DNA from: an uncultured virus (IMG/VR IMGVR_UViG_3300038423_000131)
Taxonomy: Duplodnaviria; Heunggongvirae; Uroviricota; Caudoviricetes
Reading direction: 5' to 3' (one strand)
IMG/VR virus record: IMGVR_UViG_3300038423_000131
Length of the DNA stretch: 64,000 nt
Shown here: positions 51,984-62,909 of the stretch, piece by piece
How the letters are laid out: every line of letters begins with the position of its first letter
Position numbering within the stretch: the first letter of the stretch is position 1
Program-made: the position numbers and the translations under genes
Notes under the pieces: model-generated
What the model saw: the letters and a program-made list of their open reading frames with translations, nothing else
Told to the model about the DNA's origin: nothing
The model's database searches: none

Positions 51984-53028
51984 AATGTCTGCTATTGGCG
52001 GTATTCGCACTATATGGATAACTATCAGAGCAATGAATTATGCCAGCAGAGCATTTGGTGATTTGCAGAAAGATATTGGTGGATTAATGGGTTCAGAAGG
52101 TAAATTAGGTGCTTTAAATAAAGACTTAATTAAAAGTACATTAGATTATGTTGTTGCTGGTACAATGATGGCTACTTTATCTTCGCAAATGGCTATGTCA
52201 ATTCTTAATATGGCTATGCAGTCAAGGGAAGGTGCAGGTCAAATGGCTCAGTTGAAACAACAGATATTCTTGACTACACAGGCACTTGATAATGCGGCTT
52301 ATCAATTTTTGAAAGCTACAGGGGCATTGACTCTTTTAAATAATATATTAAAAATGCTTCAACAAAATAAAGGTTTAGATATGTTTATTATTGCCGTAGT
52401 AGCTTTGGTTAGCATATTGGCGGCTTTAGCGGCTGTAGTATTTATTACTGCGGCGGCATTTAAAGCGTTTTTCATTTTAGATGCTATGGGAATACCTGTA
52501 ATGAGCACTTTAGCACAAGTTGCTGTAGCTTTAGGAGTATCATTTAATGTGTTACTTATATCAATAGGTGCTTGTGTAGCGTCATTTATGGTATTTTATA
52601 TGATAGCTACATCACTTACTGGTTGGGCAAGAACAATAGTCTCAGCAATTATGTTGATAGTAGGTGCTTTAGTAGTATTAGCTGTTGCCGAAGGTTTGGT
52701 AACTGGTGGTTTATCAACTATAATTGGCGGTATCGGTGCAGGTGCGGCGGCGGCTGGTGGTGCATCTCTTGCAACTCAAAGCTATCAAGGTGGTACACGT
52801 TCAGTTCCACGAACAGGACCAGTTTTTGCCCACGAAGGCGAAATCATATATAACCCTTCAACTAATAGACCGTTACAAGTAGGTAATGATTTAGGCGCAC
52901 AAGGTAGTGGTGTTACACAAAGCACTACACAAATAGTAATTGAAAATGTACATACAAAGGCTGATATTGATGATTTGGGTCCAGAGTTAAATCAGGCATA
53001 TAGAAAAGCGGCAAGGAGTAGAAGATAA
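51973..53028 (+). CDS. Short tape measure protein
   Basis: Ala/Gly-rich hydrophobic helices; C-terminal YQGG...AHEGEII. Confidence 0.7.
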   Translation: MLNRMSAIGGIRTIWITIRAMNYASRAFGDLQKDIGGLMGSEGKLGALNKDLIKSTLDYVVAGTMMATLSSQMAMSILNMAMQSREGAGQMAQLKQQIFLTTQALDNAAYQFLKATGALTLLNNILKMLQQNKGLDMFIIAVVALVSILAALAAVVFITAAAFKAFFILDAMGIPVMSTLAQVAVALGVSFNVLLISIGACVASFMVFYMIATSLTGWARTIVSAIMLIVGALVVLAVAEGLVTGGLSTIIGGIGAGAAAAGGASLATQSYQGGTRSVPRTGPVFAHEGEIIYNPSTNRPLQVGNDLGAQGSGVTQSTTQIVIENVHTKADIDDLGPELNQAYRKAARSRR

Positions 53029-53130
53029 ATATGAGTAGAAATGAACCAACCCCAGAAGAAATAGATGAATTAGAAAGAAGATTAAGGGGAGAAAAACGGA
53101 AAGAAGATAAACCATTAAGAGGATGTTAAA

Positions 53131-56100
53131 ATGACTACAGGCGTTTGGACTATATCTGTTGGTGGAATAGAACGTAAGTGGATTAAACTTGAACTTCATA
53201 GGATGCTGGTTCTTAATGCACCAACAACTTTTTATGCAGAAGTAGAATTAGATTTAAGTAATCCAGTTTACTTTATGGATGAAGTAGATATTAAACGTGA
53301 TGGCACAACTGAATGGAAAGGCTATGTTGAAGGCATAGAACCATATTGGGATGGAACAAGTCTTGGTGGTAAATATATACAGTTAACTGGCAGAGATGTA
53401 ACGATGATATTATGGAAGAAATATGATGATGATTTCAGTAATTTTGCGTCAAAAACTGCTGGTATGTTTGGTACAGTTGACCCCGTTTCGTTATTGCATT
53501 TTATTCTTCATACACCTAAAAGTGACATAGGTATAGATTATCCTTATAATAAAGAGGGTTGGGGTTTAGATTTCAGTAAAAGCATTGATGTTGAAAGATG
53601 TAATGCAACTTGGGCTGACCCATCATTAGCTAAGTTTGAATTAGGAAGTCCAGAATGGTGTTTTTCACGGCAAAGAGGTTATGGATGGTCAAATACTGGT
53701 AGAGAAACATTAACAGAATATACACCAGCATCAACAGTTACTACAGCAACATTAGACCCTGATTGGACAGTTGTTGGTCCAGCACCATCGCCATATATTG
53801 ATGGTAATACTCCCAATCAAACAAGTTATGTTAATTATCTTAAAAGTTCAGGTGTTATACCTATTGGTCAAACATTACTTTTTAATATTACACCTTTTAG
53901 TTTTTCTGGTTCTCAAACACTTAAAGCTGTTACAGTAACAGTAACATTCTATAATCATCCTGCAACAATAGGTTCTTTTAATGTATATTATTGGTCTGTT
54001 TATTTAGGTCAATGGGTTCAATTTGTATGGGGTGACAATGATATTGGTACTGGAAATAGATGGGTTACAAAAATTTATGATATTTCACAATATTTAACAG
54101 TTATAAGTGACCTTGAATCAGCAGATTTACAAATTAAAATTGAGACAACTAATCCTTGGAGTTGGATTGTAGGCGGCGTTGATTATTTTTGTCAAATAGC
54201 TTATGTTGGAATGGATATAATACAAGGAGACCCAAATGGTACACAAACTGAAAATGATGCTTTTGAAATAATTTTTAAACCAGAATTATTAATTCCAATT
54301 GGTTCAACATATGTGGTTGATACTAATGGTCTTGTTGGGGAATATTTATTAAATGAAGGAACTGGAACAGTTATACATGACTATAGTGGAACTAACTCTA
54401 ATGCAACAGCCCATAATATAACTTGGGTTATGGGTCCACTTGCACCGTTAGTTTTATTTAGTGGTAATGTTAATAGTTATATTGATTGCGGTTCAAGTTT
54501 CACTTGGTTAACTGGATATAATTCTATGTCAATTGATTGTTGGCTTGATATAATAGAAATAGGTCCATTTGTTAAAAGTCTTATAATTAATAAACCTAAT
54601 CAATGCATCATTGAAATTGATGAAGCAGGTATATTATGGTGGAAGCTTTATTTTAGTGGTACTGGATGGGAACTTAATTGTAAAGTTGGTAATGCAATAT
54701 TACAGAATGAAAGAGCACATTTACAAGCGGTTTATGATGGTTTCAGTATGAATTTATATGTTAATAATAATCTTGTTAAAACTTTAGCTAAAACTGGTTA
54801 TCTTGATATAGATGGTACTCAACCTACATATTTTGAATTTGGTCCTATGTATGGTTATTTAGCTGATGTATGTATATATAATAGGGCAATTTATCCAACA
54901 ATAACAGCATTATATTTTGAATGCAGAGCTAATACTGCGGCTTATGCACGAAACTATACTGTTGAATATTTAGTTAATGGTGTATATGCTGTAATACCAA
55001 ATACTTATCCAGCTATGCCAGTAACAGGTAATACTACACAAGACATTTTGATTTCTTTTCCACCTATATCTGCACAGAAAGTTAGAATAAGGTTAACTGA
55101 AAGCGTCTCAGGAATACCTTGGGCTATAAGCCAAATCTATGTGTATAAAGCGGAATATATAAAATATAAACCATATCTTGATACTGGTGAAATAGACCCT
55201 TCCGAACCAAGAGATGCATCACCATATATTTATAAGGGTGGTCCATATATTAAAGCCTTTAGCAATCAATTAACTGGTGGTAATGCCAATCCAATTGGAC
55301 CATTAAATGTTAGCAGACAAAGATTGAATGAAGCAATAAATTATGTAGTTGGTTTATGTTCATCTATAGTTGTTGGCGAATCAGATGTTGTTGGATTTTC
55401 ACCTTTCGAATGGTGGATGAGTTATGATTCAAATAATACATTTAATATAAAGAATCAAAAAGGAAGCGATAAGACTGCTTCAATAATATTTAAAATGGAC
55501 CCAAGCGACCCAGCAAATACTAATCTTGGAATGGTTGATTATGACACATTTATAGATGATACTGTTCAAAATGTCTATGTGGTTGGTCAAGGCGAACAGA
55601 AACATCTTCAAGATTGTAGTATTTGGGTTAAATCAATAAATGCAACTGGACTTGCAACAAATGGTCAACCATTAAATACTGCTGAAAATATAGTTAGAAC
55701 ATTTTTTGAAGATGTGGTACAAGATAAAACAGTCATTATTAATGATTTAAATTATCCAGCAGTAGGAAATATACTTGGATGCGGTAATTTAACTATTAAT
55801 GCAATGCCAAGAGTACAATTAAAATTACAACTTGCTAAAGACCAATATACATCAATGCAATATGATGTTGGAGATATTGTACAAGTTTATGATACTGTAA
55901 CTGGAATTGGTTATATAGATTTAACACTTGGAAAATATAGAATTACAAACATTGATATAACAGTAAGCAAAGATACTGGTGAAGATGTTAAAATAACTTT
56001 AGGTTATCCTAATTATAAATATGAAGACGAATTGCAAACAATGTATCGTAATATGAAGAGTTATGGAATAATAGGTGCATTTAATAGCGATTGGACAGCC

Positions 56101-57138
56101 GAAGGAACTGATAAAACATTATTGGATGCAAATTTAATTAGTTCATCATCTCAATATAATGCTTCTGCTCAAAATGATAAAATGGCTCAAAACATACCTT
56201 ATGACGGCAATTTATGGAGAACTACAAGTAGTGATTATGATGCAGACCCATCAAGTCCACCAACAATAACTACAACCATAGATAGTCACTTTTTATGGAG
56301 TACAACCAATCAATGGTTTGGTATGATGGCTAATGCAGATGGTAGTATTCATGATTTAATTGCCGTGTTGATAGGTAACTTAATTCAATATTATAATCCT
56401 TCTGACCCAAATGCAGACCCAACTACACATTTAGTTAGTGGTGCAGATGCCGCCAATATAAATATGTTTTGGAATCCACATTTAGTTGTAGATTTGAGAG
56501 TTCTTGATGGAACATATATTGACCTTGCCAATGCAAATTGGGTATATAATCATTGGAATGCTGGGAGTGGAACATCTGCTGGTGATTATTGTAGAATTGG
56601 AATAGCATCACAAGATGGTTCTGTTGGTTTCTGGTTTATGATTGTTAAAAATGGTAGTGTAACTACACCAGCGTTATTTGATGTTTATTGTCAATGGGCG
56701 TTGCCAGATGGAACAACAAACTTTAATGCAGAAGATTTTAATTGTAATAATAGTACGTTAGGCGATGGCTTTGTAAGTCCAAATGGCAGTTATATGCAAA
56801 CAATTATTGCACTTCAAAAATATAAAATTGAAATAATTACACAATCAGACCCAACTTTCATTGCAACCAATACTCCAAATGTACAGTTTAATTTATATAC
56901 ATATAAATCAATTTTGACTACTGACAATGCAGGTGTAGAGCTAACTTATGTACAGTTAACTTACCCAACTTTAGGTATTTGCGTCAATAGCCAAATTTAT
57001 AATATGGTGGTTAAACCATTATATTGTGAATTTTATAATTTGGCTCAGACAAATCCAAGTAGCGGTTCACCAAGCGGTATTTACTTCTATAACTGGACAA
57101 CGAATTGGATAGTAAAACAAATAGAGGTAACACAATAA
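53131..57138 (+). CDS. Tail tip/baseplate hub protein with LamG-like and lectin-like insertions
   Basis: WKGYVE..LTGRD N-terminus, LVGEYLLNEGTG...YDG..MNLYVN, YDVGDIV...YRIT. Confidence 0.65.
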   Translation: MTTGVWTISVGGIERKWIKLELHRMLVLNAPTTFYAEVELDLSNPVYFMDEVDIKRDGTTEWKGYVEGIEPYWDGTSLGGKYIQLTGRDVTMILWKKYDDDFSNFASKTAGMFGTVDPVSLLHFILHTPKSDIGIDYPYNKEGWGLDFSKSIDVERCNATWADPSLAKFELGSPEWCFSRQRGYGWSNTGRETLTEYTPASTVTTATLDPDWTVVGPAPSPYIDGNTPNQTSYVNYLKSSGVIPIGQTLLFNITPFSFSGSQTLKAVTVTVTFYNHPATIGSFNVYYWSVYLGQWVQFVWGDNDIGTGNRWVTKIYDISQYLTVISDLESADLQIKIETTNPWSWIVGGVDYFCQIAYVGMDIIQGDPNGTQTENDAFEIIFKPELLIPIGSTYVVDTNGLVGEYLLNEGTGTVIHDYSGTNSNATAHNITWVMGPLAPLVLFSGNVNSYIDCGSSFTWLTGYNSMSIDCWLDIIEIGPFVKSLIINKPNQCIIEIDEAGILWWKLYFSGTGWELNCKVGNAILQNERAHLQAVYDGFSMNLYVNNNLVKTLAKTGYLDIDGTQPTYFEFGPMYGYLADVCIYNRAIYPTITALYFECRANTAAYARNYTVEYLVNGVYAVIPNTYPAMPVTGNTTQDILISFPPISAQKVRIRLTESVSGIPWAISQIYVYKAEYIKYKPYLDTGEIDPSEPRDASPYIYKGGPYIKAFSNQLTGGNANPIGPLNVSRQRLNEAINYVVGLCSSIVVGESDVVGFSPFEWWMSYDSNNTFNIKNQKGSDKTASIIFKMDPSDPANTNLGMVDYDTFIDDTVQNVYVVGQGEQKHLQDCSIWVKSINATGLATNGQPLNTAENIVRTFFEDVVQDKTVIINDLNYPAVGNILGCGNLTINAMPRVQLKLQLAKDQYTSMQYDVGDIVQVYDTVTGIGYIDLTLGKYRITNIDITVSKDTGEDVKITLGYPNYKYEDELQTMYRNMKSYGIIGAFNSDWTAEGTDKTLLDANLISSSSQYNASAQNDKMAQNIPYDGNLWRTTSSDYDADPSSPPTITTTIDSHFLWSTTNQWFGMMANADGSIHDLIAVLIGNLIQYYNPSDPNADPTTHLVSGADAANINMFWNPHLVVDLRVLDGTYIDLANANWVYNHWNAGSGTSAGDYCRIGIASQDGSVGFWFMIVKNGSVTTPALFDVYCQWALPDGTTNFNAEDFNCNNSTLGDGFVSPNGSYMQTIIALQKYKIEIITQSDPTFIATNTPNVQFNLYTYKSILTTDNAGVELTYVQLTYPTLGICVNSQIYNMVVKPLYCEFYNLAQTNPSSGSPSGIYFYNWTTNWIVKQIEVTQ

Positions 57139-58661
57139 TGAGCATATGCCAGATTTCAAATACAGGCGGAACGTTAGTTTTCAAGGCTATACAATGGGAA
57201 GAAGACCAAATATTTCACCCATCAGTTAGACCTATTCCTAATACTCCGTATCCATACATGGATTTAAGTCAATTTATGATTGAAGTTAGAGGAATAAATT
57301 TTACAGTTAGGTTAACAGATACAGAATATACTACGCTTCTTGCCATTTTTGCGGCTTCGACCAAAGTTACTTTAGTCTTATATAATGCATTAGAAATTGC
57401 ATCTTGGACATATACAGGATGGCTTGAAGAACCAGACGCAAAATTTGAATATAAGATGGAAGATGGACAAACTAAGGTTAGATGGTGGAACGTAGCTATG
57501 ACGGTTAGATGTGATACAATAACTGGCGGGAGTTTTGGAAGTTTAAGTGATACGGTTTTAAGTCCATCTTATGTTAATTTAGGTATGGGAACACTTGATT
57601 CAAATGGTATATACTTAGGTTTCATAACAGATTATGAACGGTTAGTTACAAGTACGGTTTGGATGCCTCAATGGATGAATCAAGTGCCAACTATTGATTA
57701 TTCATTTTATACTAATTCGTTAACTATATTAACATATGAAGCAAAATGTAATGATGCTGATAAATGGTATCTTGACCGATTATTTTTACTTGGCGGCAAA
57801 CTACAATTATATGACATCATTAATAATATTAATTCAGTCGTTGTTATTAAAGAGATAAATGAAAGATATACAAGCGATAATTGGGAGAGACCTTGGATTA
57901 TAACATTAACTATACTTGTAGATAGTATTTATGGTAATGGTGGTGCTCCTATTCCAATTATTACAATTATATCAACAACTAATATAATTAGTGAACAAAT
58001 TACTAATGGTACATTTGAAACAGGAGACTTAACTGGATGGATAGGAAACCATGCTGGAGTAGTTGATTCCTCTTATCCACATAGCGGAGATTATTGTGCA
58101 AGTCTTAGTGGTGGTAATCCATCTTCAATTACCCAAACTTTTTCAACTCCAATACCCGTCTCAGACATAATTTCATGTGTATTTTGGTTAAAAGGCTGGA
58201 TTTATTCTCCTAATCCAAATTATGATGGTCTAAGAGTTTATTTAACTTTTAGTAATGGTAATACAATATATTATGTACTTGGGGGTCATAGCACACTTTA
58301 TCCTTGGACAAAATTTGATATTACGCCGTTTGCCAAATACTACCCAAACAGTAGTCTTACAAAAATTGAGTTTGCATTTTTATATGGTAGTTATGGTTAT
58401 TTAGATGATATTTCATTACTTGCTAATGTGGAAGTAGAAACAGATATTGGAACTATAACAATTAATAATGTACCATATGTTATGGTAGGCGGTCCATTAT
58501 CAATTCCATTATTTGGCAATAATATTATATCATATACTCCTGTTTCTGGTATTTTTAGTAGTTGGATAGCAGGCGGCGGCGCATCAGTTGCCAGTTCAAC
58601 CGATAATCCAACAACATTGACATTAACAGGAAATGGTACTTTACAAATTACTTATACATAA
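57105..58661 (+). CDS. Distal-tail-like protein with carbohydrate-binding domain
   Basis: NGTFETGDLTGW...YLDDISL; position in tail module. Confidence 0.5.
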   Translation: MDSKTNRGNTIMSICQISNTGGTLVFKAIQWEEDQIFHPSVRPIPNTPYPYMDLSQFMIEVRGINFTVRLTDTEYTTLLAIFAASTKVTLVLYNALEIASWTYTGWLEEPDAKFEYKMEDGQTKVRWWNVAMTVRCDTITGGSFGSLSDTVLSPSYVNLGMGTLDSNGIYLGFITDYERLVTSTVWMPQWMNQVPTIDYSFYTNSLTILTYEAKCNDADKWYLDRLFLLGGKLQLYDIINNINSVVVIKEINERYTSDNWERPWIITLTILVDSIYGNGGAPIPIITIISTTNIISEQITNGTFETGDLTGWIGNHAGVVDSSYPHSGDYCASLSGGNPSSITQTFSTPIPVSDIISCVFWLKGWIYSPNPNYDGLRVYLTFSNGNTIYYVLGGHSTLYPWTKFDITPFAKYYPNSSLTKIEFAFLYGSYGYLDDISLLANVEVETDIGTITINNVPYVMVGGPLSIPLFGNNIISYTPVSGIFSSWIAGGGASVASSTDNPTTLTLTGNGTLQITYT

Positions 58662-59101
58662 ATCTATAAACCGAAATATTTAAATATAACTTAACTATTA
58701 TAATATGTAACTTAAAAGGTGGTGAAAAATAATATGGGAGAACAACCTAAACAACAACCTAAACCTCAAGTTCAGCTTCAACAGATTCCAGTTCAACAAC
58801 CATCAATTCAAGTTCCAGAAGATTTGAGACAACAATTCCAAGAATTATCAATTAGGAATAATGGTTACGATGTTGCAAGGAGAGATTATCAAGTAGAAGT
58901 TAACAAAACAGTAATAGAATTATTAAAGAAAGTTAATAGTCAAGCGGAGACAATTAGGAATTTACAGCAAGAACTTGTCAATTATAAGAACGGTGCATTG
59001 GACAGGAAAGCTGAACCAGCACTAATTAAAAAGAAATAATTAACTTCTTTTTTAGTTATTTACAATCAAAAGATTTATATATTAGTAAATTATTATTTAA
59101 A

Positions 59102-59713
59102 GTGAGGATTGAGAATATCGTTGCAAGCGTAACCGTAACCGAACTGACGGGTTCAGCACCAACTCCAACAGAAACATCAATTACTAACCGTGTTAGGCTT
59201 TTCAGTACAGACCAAGCAACAGACCAGATTACGCCACAATTAACTTATCCTGTTCCTATTCCAGCCGCAAGCTATAGCTACAGTTTTTGGAAGCATATAT
59301 GCCTTAAAATAACTGGCGCATCCTTTACTACAGTTTCTAATATTAGACATTATGGTACAGGTTCGCCGTGTGGATGGACTTTTGGTTCAGGTGGAGCATT
59401 GCTTCGTGGACATATGGATGCAGACCCACAAGGTTGCCCATATGCAGATTATATGAAAGCAACAGGTGTAGATGGAACAACTGGAAACCCGATAGCAACA
59501 ACACATACATATTATGATGCTCAAAGTGTGCCAGTATCAGATGCGGATGCCGATACATCTGGAGCACCAGCGTTAATTGATGATACAGTCCATACGGTAG
59601 CAGGCTATACATATGGTATAGTTTTGCAGGTGAAAGTTGATACATTAGCTAATGGTGCAATACAAGGAACACAAGCTGAGTATTTGCTTACTTGGGAATA
59701 TGATGAGTCGTAA
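59102..59713 (+). CDS. Putative virion protein
   Basis: Thr/Gly-rich beta protein, YSFWKH, ends WEYDES. Confidence 0.45.
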   Translation: MRIENIVASVTVTELTGSAPTPTETSITNRVRLFSTDQATDQITPQLTYPVPIPAASYSYSFWKHICLKITGASFTTVSNIRHYGTGSPCGWTFGSGGALLRGHMDADPQGCPYADYMKATGVDGTTGNPIATTHTYYDAQSVPVSDADADTSGAPALIDDTVHTVAGYTYGIVLQVKVDTLANGAIQGTQAEYLLTWEYDES

Positions 59714-59829
59714 GAACCTGTAATCTAATACAATAGACTATAGAAGTCCTGATACAACAGGCATCACAAAATTTTTGTTTAACCAAAATATTTAAATAGT
59801 ATGTATGCATAGTCTTATTAGGGATTAAA

Positions 59830-60516
59830 ATGAGAAATGCATCTTTAATTTATATGTGGTTTGCCCAATGTAGTGATGGGAAGGCTTTATCTCAATTTAA
59901 CATTAATACAGGGGAAGAAACTTTATTTAAAGACCTTGACCAAACCAAAATAGTTAAGTTTGGTTTATGTCCTGTAAGTCGTGAGTTAGCGGTGAAAATT
60001 AATCAATTGCAGGGATGGGAAGCAATAAAATCTAAATTAACTTTGCCATATTTTCTTATGAAACTTCAACCGAATCAACGGCTTATTTATGTTAGGCAAA
60101 ATTTCATGAGACAGTTTTCTTATAAAATATGCATTAAATGTGGGTATAAATGGATGTATATGCCCCAACTTAAAGAAGGAATGTCAGAAGTAGGCTTATA
60201 TATGCATCAAAATTCTACAATTCAAATGCAGGATGGTCAACCTAATAAACTTCCTATGTGTCCTAAATGCGGTGCTTTCAACAGAATTGTATGTGAATGC
60301 GGCGGTTTAATTAACAAAATGAAAGATACTAATGACAATTTTTATTATGAATGTCCTAAGTGCAAGAAACAACATCCGAGAGTTATAATTTTTGTTGATG
60401 GCACTCAAGCCGAAGTTAAATATTTGCTTGGTTATCAAATGACAGTTAATAATCAAAATGTTAAGCACATTATGTGTATTGATGAAAAAGGTGAAATAGA
60501 ACTTTCAGGTGATTAG
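59830..60516 (+). CDS. Zn-ribbon-containing hypothetical protein
   Basis: Several CxxC pairs. Confidence 0.45.
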   Translation: MRNASLIYMWFAQCSDGKALSQFNINTGEETLFKDLDQTKIVKFGLCPVSRELAVKINQLQGWEAIKSKLTLPYFLMKLQPNQRLIYVRQNFMRQFSYKICIKCGYKWMYMPQLKEGMSEVGLYMHQNSTIQMQDGQPNKLPMCPKCGAFNRIVCECGGLINKMKDTNDNFYYECPKCKKQHPRVIIFVDGTQAEVKYLLGYQMTVNNQNVKHIMCIDEKGEIELSGD

Positions 60517-62466
60517 TTGAATTCAATTGATTTAAGCAACTACATAAATAGTTGGCTTACTCCAGAAAGAATGAGGGAAATAGAGAAAACAGGCAAAGCC
60601 GAAATAGAATTTGACCCGATAGCAGAAGCGTATGTGGCTGATAATGCGAAGGATTCAGAAGATGTAATTAAAGATATAATTAAACAGCATTTACCAAATG
60701 TGGACTTTGACATTAATTTTATAAATTTTGATAGTCAAATCAAAAAACTTGATGATATAAATCGCAATGATGTTGGCAAGTTAATTAAAGTTCGTGGATA
60801 TATTAATGCTGATAGCGAAGTTAAGCCATATTATAATGAAATTCGTTATATTTGTAGAAGTTGTGGCGATATAACTGTAGAAATACAGAGTGACCCATTT
60901 AAAGTAACTGCTCCAATTAAATGTGAAACTATAACTCATGGTAAACATAAATGTGGATGCACACAGTTTCTTGTGGATTATGATGGCAGTAAATATATTG
61001 ATAGGAGAAAGTTGAAGATTCAAGAAGCACCAGAAGATGTTTCTGGGCAAATTCCGAGATGGAAAGATGTTATTATATTTAAAGTAAGTTTGCTTCATAA
61101 AGTAAGATGTGGAGATTATGTTAATGTGATAGGTATAATTAAAGTTAAAAGTGAATCCCAAAGTAGAATCTGCACATATTACATTGAAGCTAACAATATT
61201 ATAGTTAAACGGAAAGATTTATCTGTAAGTGAATTAACCGATGCAGATATAGATGCAGTTAAGAAATTGGTTATAGAACCAAACATTTATGAGAAATTAG
61301 TGTTTAATGTTGCACCAAGCCTTTATGATTTGAAATTGGAGAAAGAGGCGGCATTGTTGGCTCTCATAGGCGGCGTGAAAGATGAAGATAAAGAAATAAA
61401 TCAAAGGGATTGTATCCATGTACTCTATACTGGAGACCCAGCAGTTGGCAAGTCTCAATTGCTTTGGGCTGTGCATAATCTTGCTCCATTAGGAATATAC
61501 TGTTCAGCTAAAGGCGTATCGTCTGCTGGCTTGACGGCGGCAGTATTAAGGGATGAAGAAACTAAAGGTGATTATATTATGGCGGCAGGAGTTATGGTTC
61601 TTGCAGATAACGGCATAGCGGCGATAGATGAACTTGACAAGATGAAACCAGAAGACCGTGACAATATGAATTCAGCTATGGAACAACAGGTTGTGCCAGT
61701 TAATAAGGCAAATATACATACAACTTTAAAGGCAAGGACAACAGTTATTTCAGCCGCAAATCCAATTATGGGTAGGTATGACCCAAACAAAACAGTAGGT
61801 GATAACATAAAGAATTTACCAAGTGTATTATTAACTCGATTTGATTTAATATTTATTGTGCTTGATGTACCGAACAAGGAACGTGATGAAAAAATTATTA
61901 AACATATACTTAATGTTGACCAATCGTTACTTATAGACCGTGACTTGCTCAAAAAATACATAATTTATGCTAAGTCATTTAAACCCATAATGAAGCCCGA
62001 ATCTGAATCTATATTAATGAATTTTTATGTTGAATCAAGAAATATACAGTTACCCGATGACCCTGTACCTATAAGTGCCAGATATTTTGAAGGGCTTATA
62101 AGAATCGCACAGGCACACGCTAAAGCATTGTTTAAAAATGAAGTTGATGTGGATGACGCTAATGCCGCCGTAAGACTATTAAGTGCGTCTTTAAGGCAGA
62201 CATGTAAGTTTCAATCGTCAGGTGCAAATATAAACCTTATAGCTAATCCTGTAACAACTAAAATGGGAAAAGAAGGTCTCTTGCTGGATGCACTTGATAA
62301 GGCAGGAACTTTAACAGAAGACGATTGGAAGGACATAGGTAAGATTAATGGAATATCAGAAGATGATTTCAAGAAAACAGTTAATGCATTGCTTAATCAG
62401 GGCAAATTAATTAGAATAACATTTGCTCCGCCAACATATCAATTGTCATCAAAAAGTAATAGGTGA
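60517..62466 (+). CDS. mcm: MCM replicative helicase
   Basis: Zn finger, IQEAPE, GDPAVGKSQLL, SSAGLTAAV, IDELDKM, AANP, TRFDL, SARYFEGLIR. Confidence 0.95.
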   Translation: MNSIDLSNYINSWLTPERMREIEKTGKAEIEFDPIAEAYVADNAKDSEDVIKDIIKQHLPNVDFDINFINFDSQIKKLDDINRNDVGKLIKVRGYINADSEVKPYYNEIRYICRSCGDITVEIQSDPFKVTAPIKCETITHGKHKCGCTQFLVDYDGSKYIDRRKLKIQEAPEDVSGQIPRWKDVIIFKVSLLHKVRCGDYVNVIGIIKVKSESQSRICTYYIEANNIIVKRKDLSVSELTDADIDAVKKLVIEPNIYEKLVFNVAPSLYDLKLEKEAALLALIGGVKDEDKEINQRDCIHVLYTGDPAVGKSQLLWAVHNLAPLGIYCSAKGVSSAGLTAAVLRDEETKGDYIMAAGVMVLADNGIAAIDELDKMKPEDRDNMNSAMEQQVVPVNKANIHTTLKARTTVISAANPIMGRYDPNKTVGDNIKNLPSVLLTRFDLIFIVLDVPNKERDEKIIKHILNVDQSLLIDRDLLKKYIIYAKSFKPIMKPESESILMNFYVESRNIQLPDDPVPISARYFEGLIRIAQAHAKALFKNEVDVDDANAAVRLLSASLRQTCKFQSSGANINLIANPVTTKMGKEGLLLDALDKAGTLTEDDWKDIGKINGISEDDFKKTVNALLNQGKLIRITFAPPTYQLSSKSNR

Positions 62467-62909
62467 TAAGCAAGCTATATTAATGGGGAAAAAGAAGAAA
62501 TATAAGTCGTTGGTTTTAATGGCTATTCATATAAGCTATCAAAGCAGTTCTCATAGTTACATACTTTGCTTCACATGGTATGTAGTAAGTATAATCGCCA
62601 GCCGAATATCCTAAAGCACCATTTATAGCATCCCATAAGTCTTGTTCTTCGCATACTATGAAGTCTTTAACGGTAAGAGTAAATAGACTTTCAAGTTTTG
62701 CCTTTGCCATTCCATCGTCTCCCACGATGAAATCTTTAATACTATATACATAGGTCATTTCATATACACCTTTTAATAAATGTTAGTTAAGCAAGTATTT
62801 AAATCTTTTGTTTGTAATTATCATTTCTTTACAATTATTGATAAAAGATGTAACCGAAACATTTATATTTAAGTTTACATTAACTATAACCATTATGGAG
62901 AGTTAAAAG

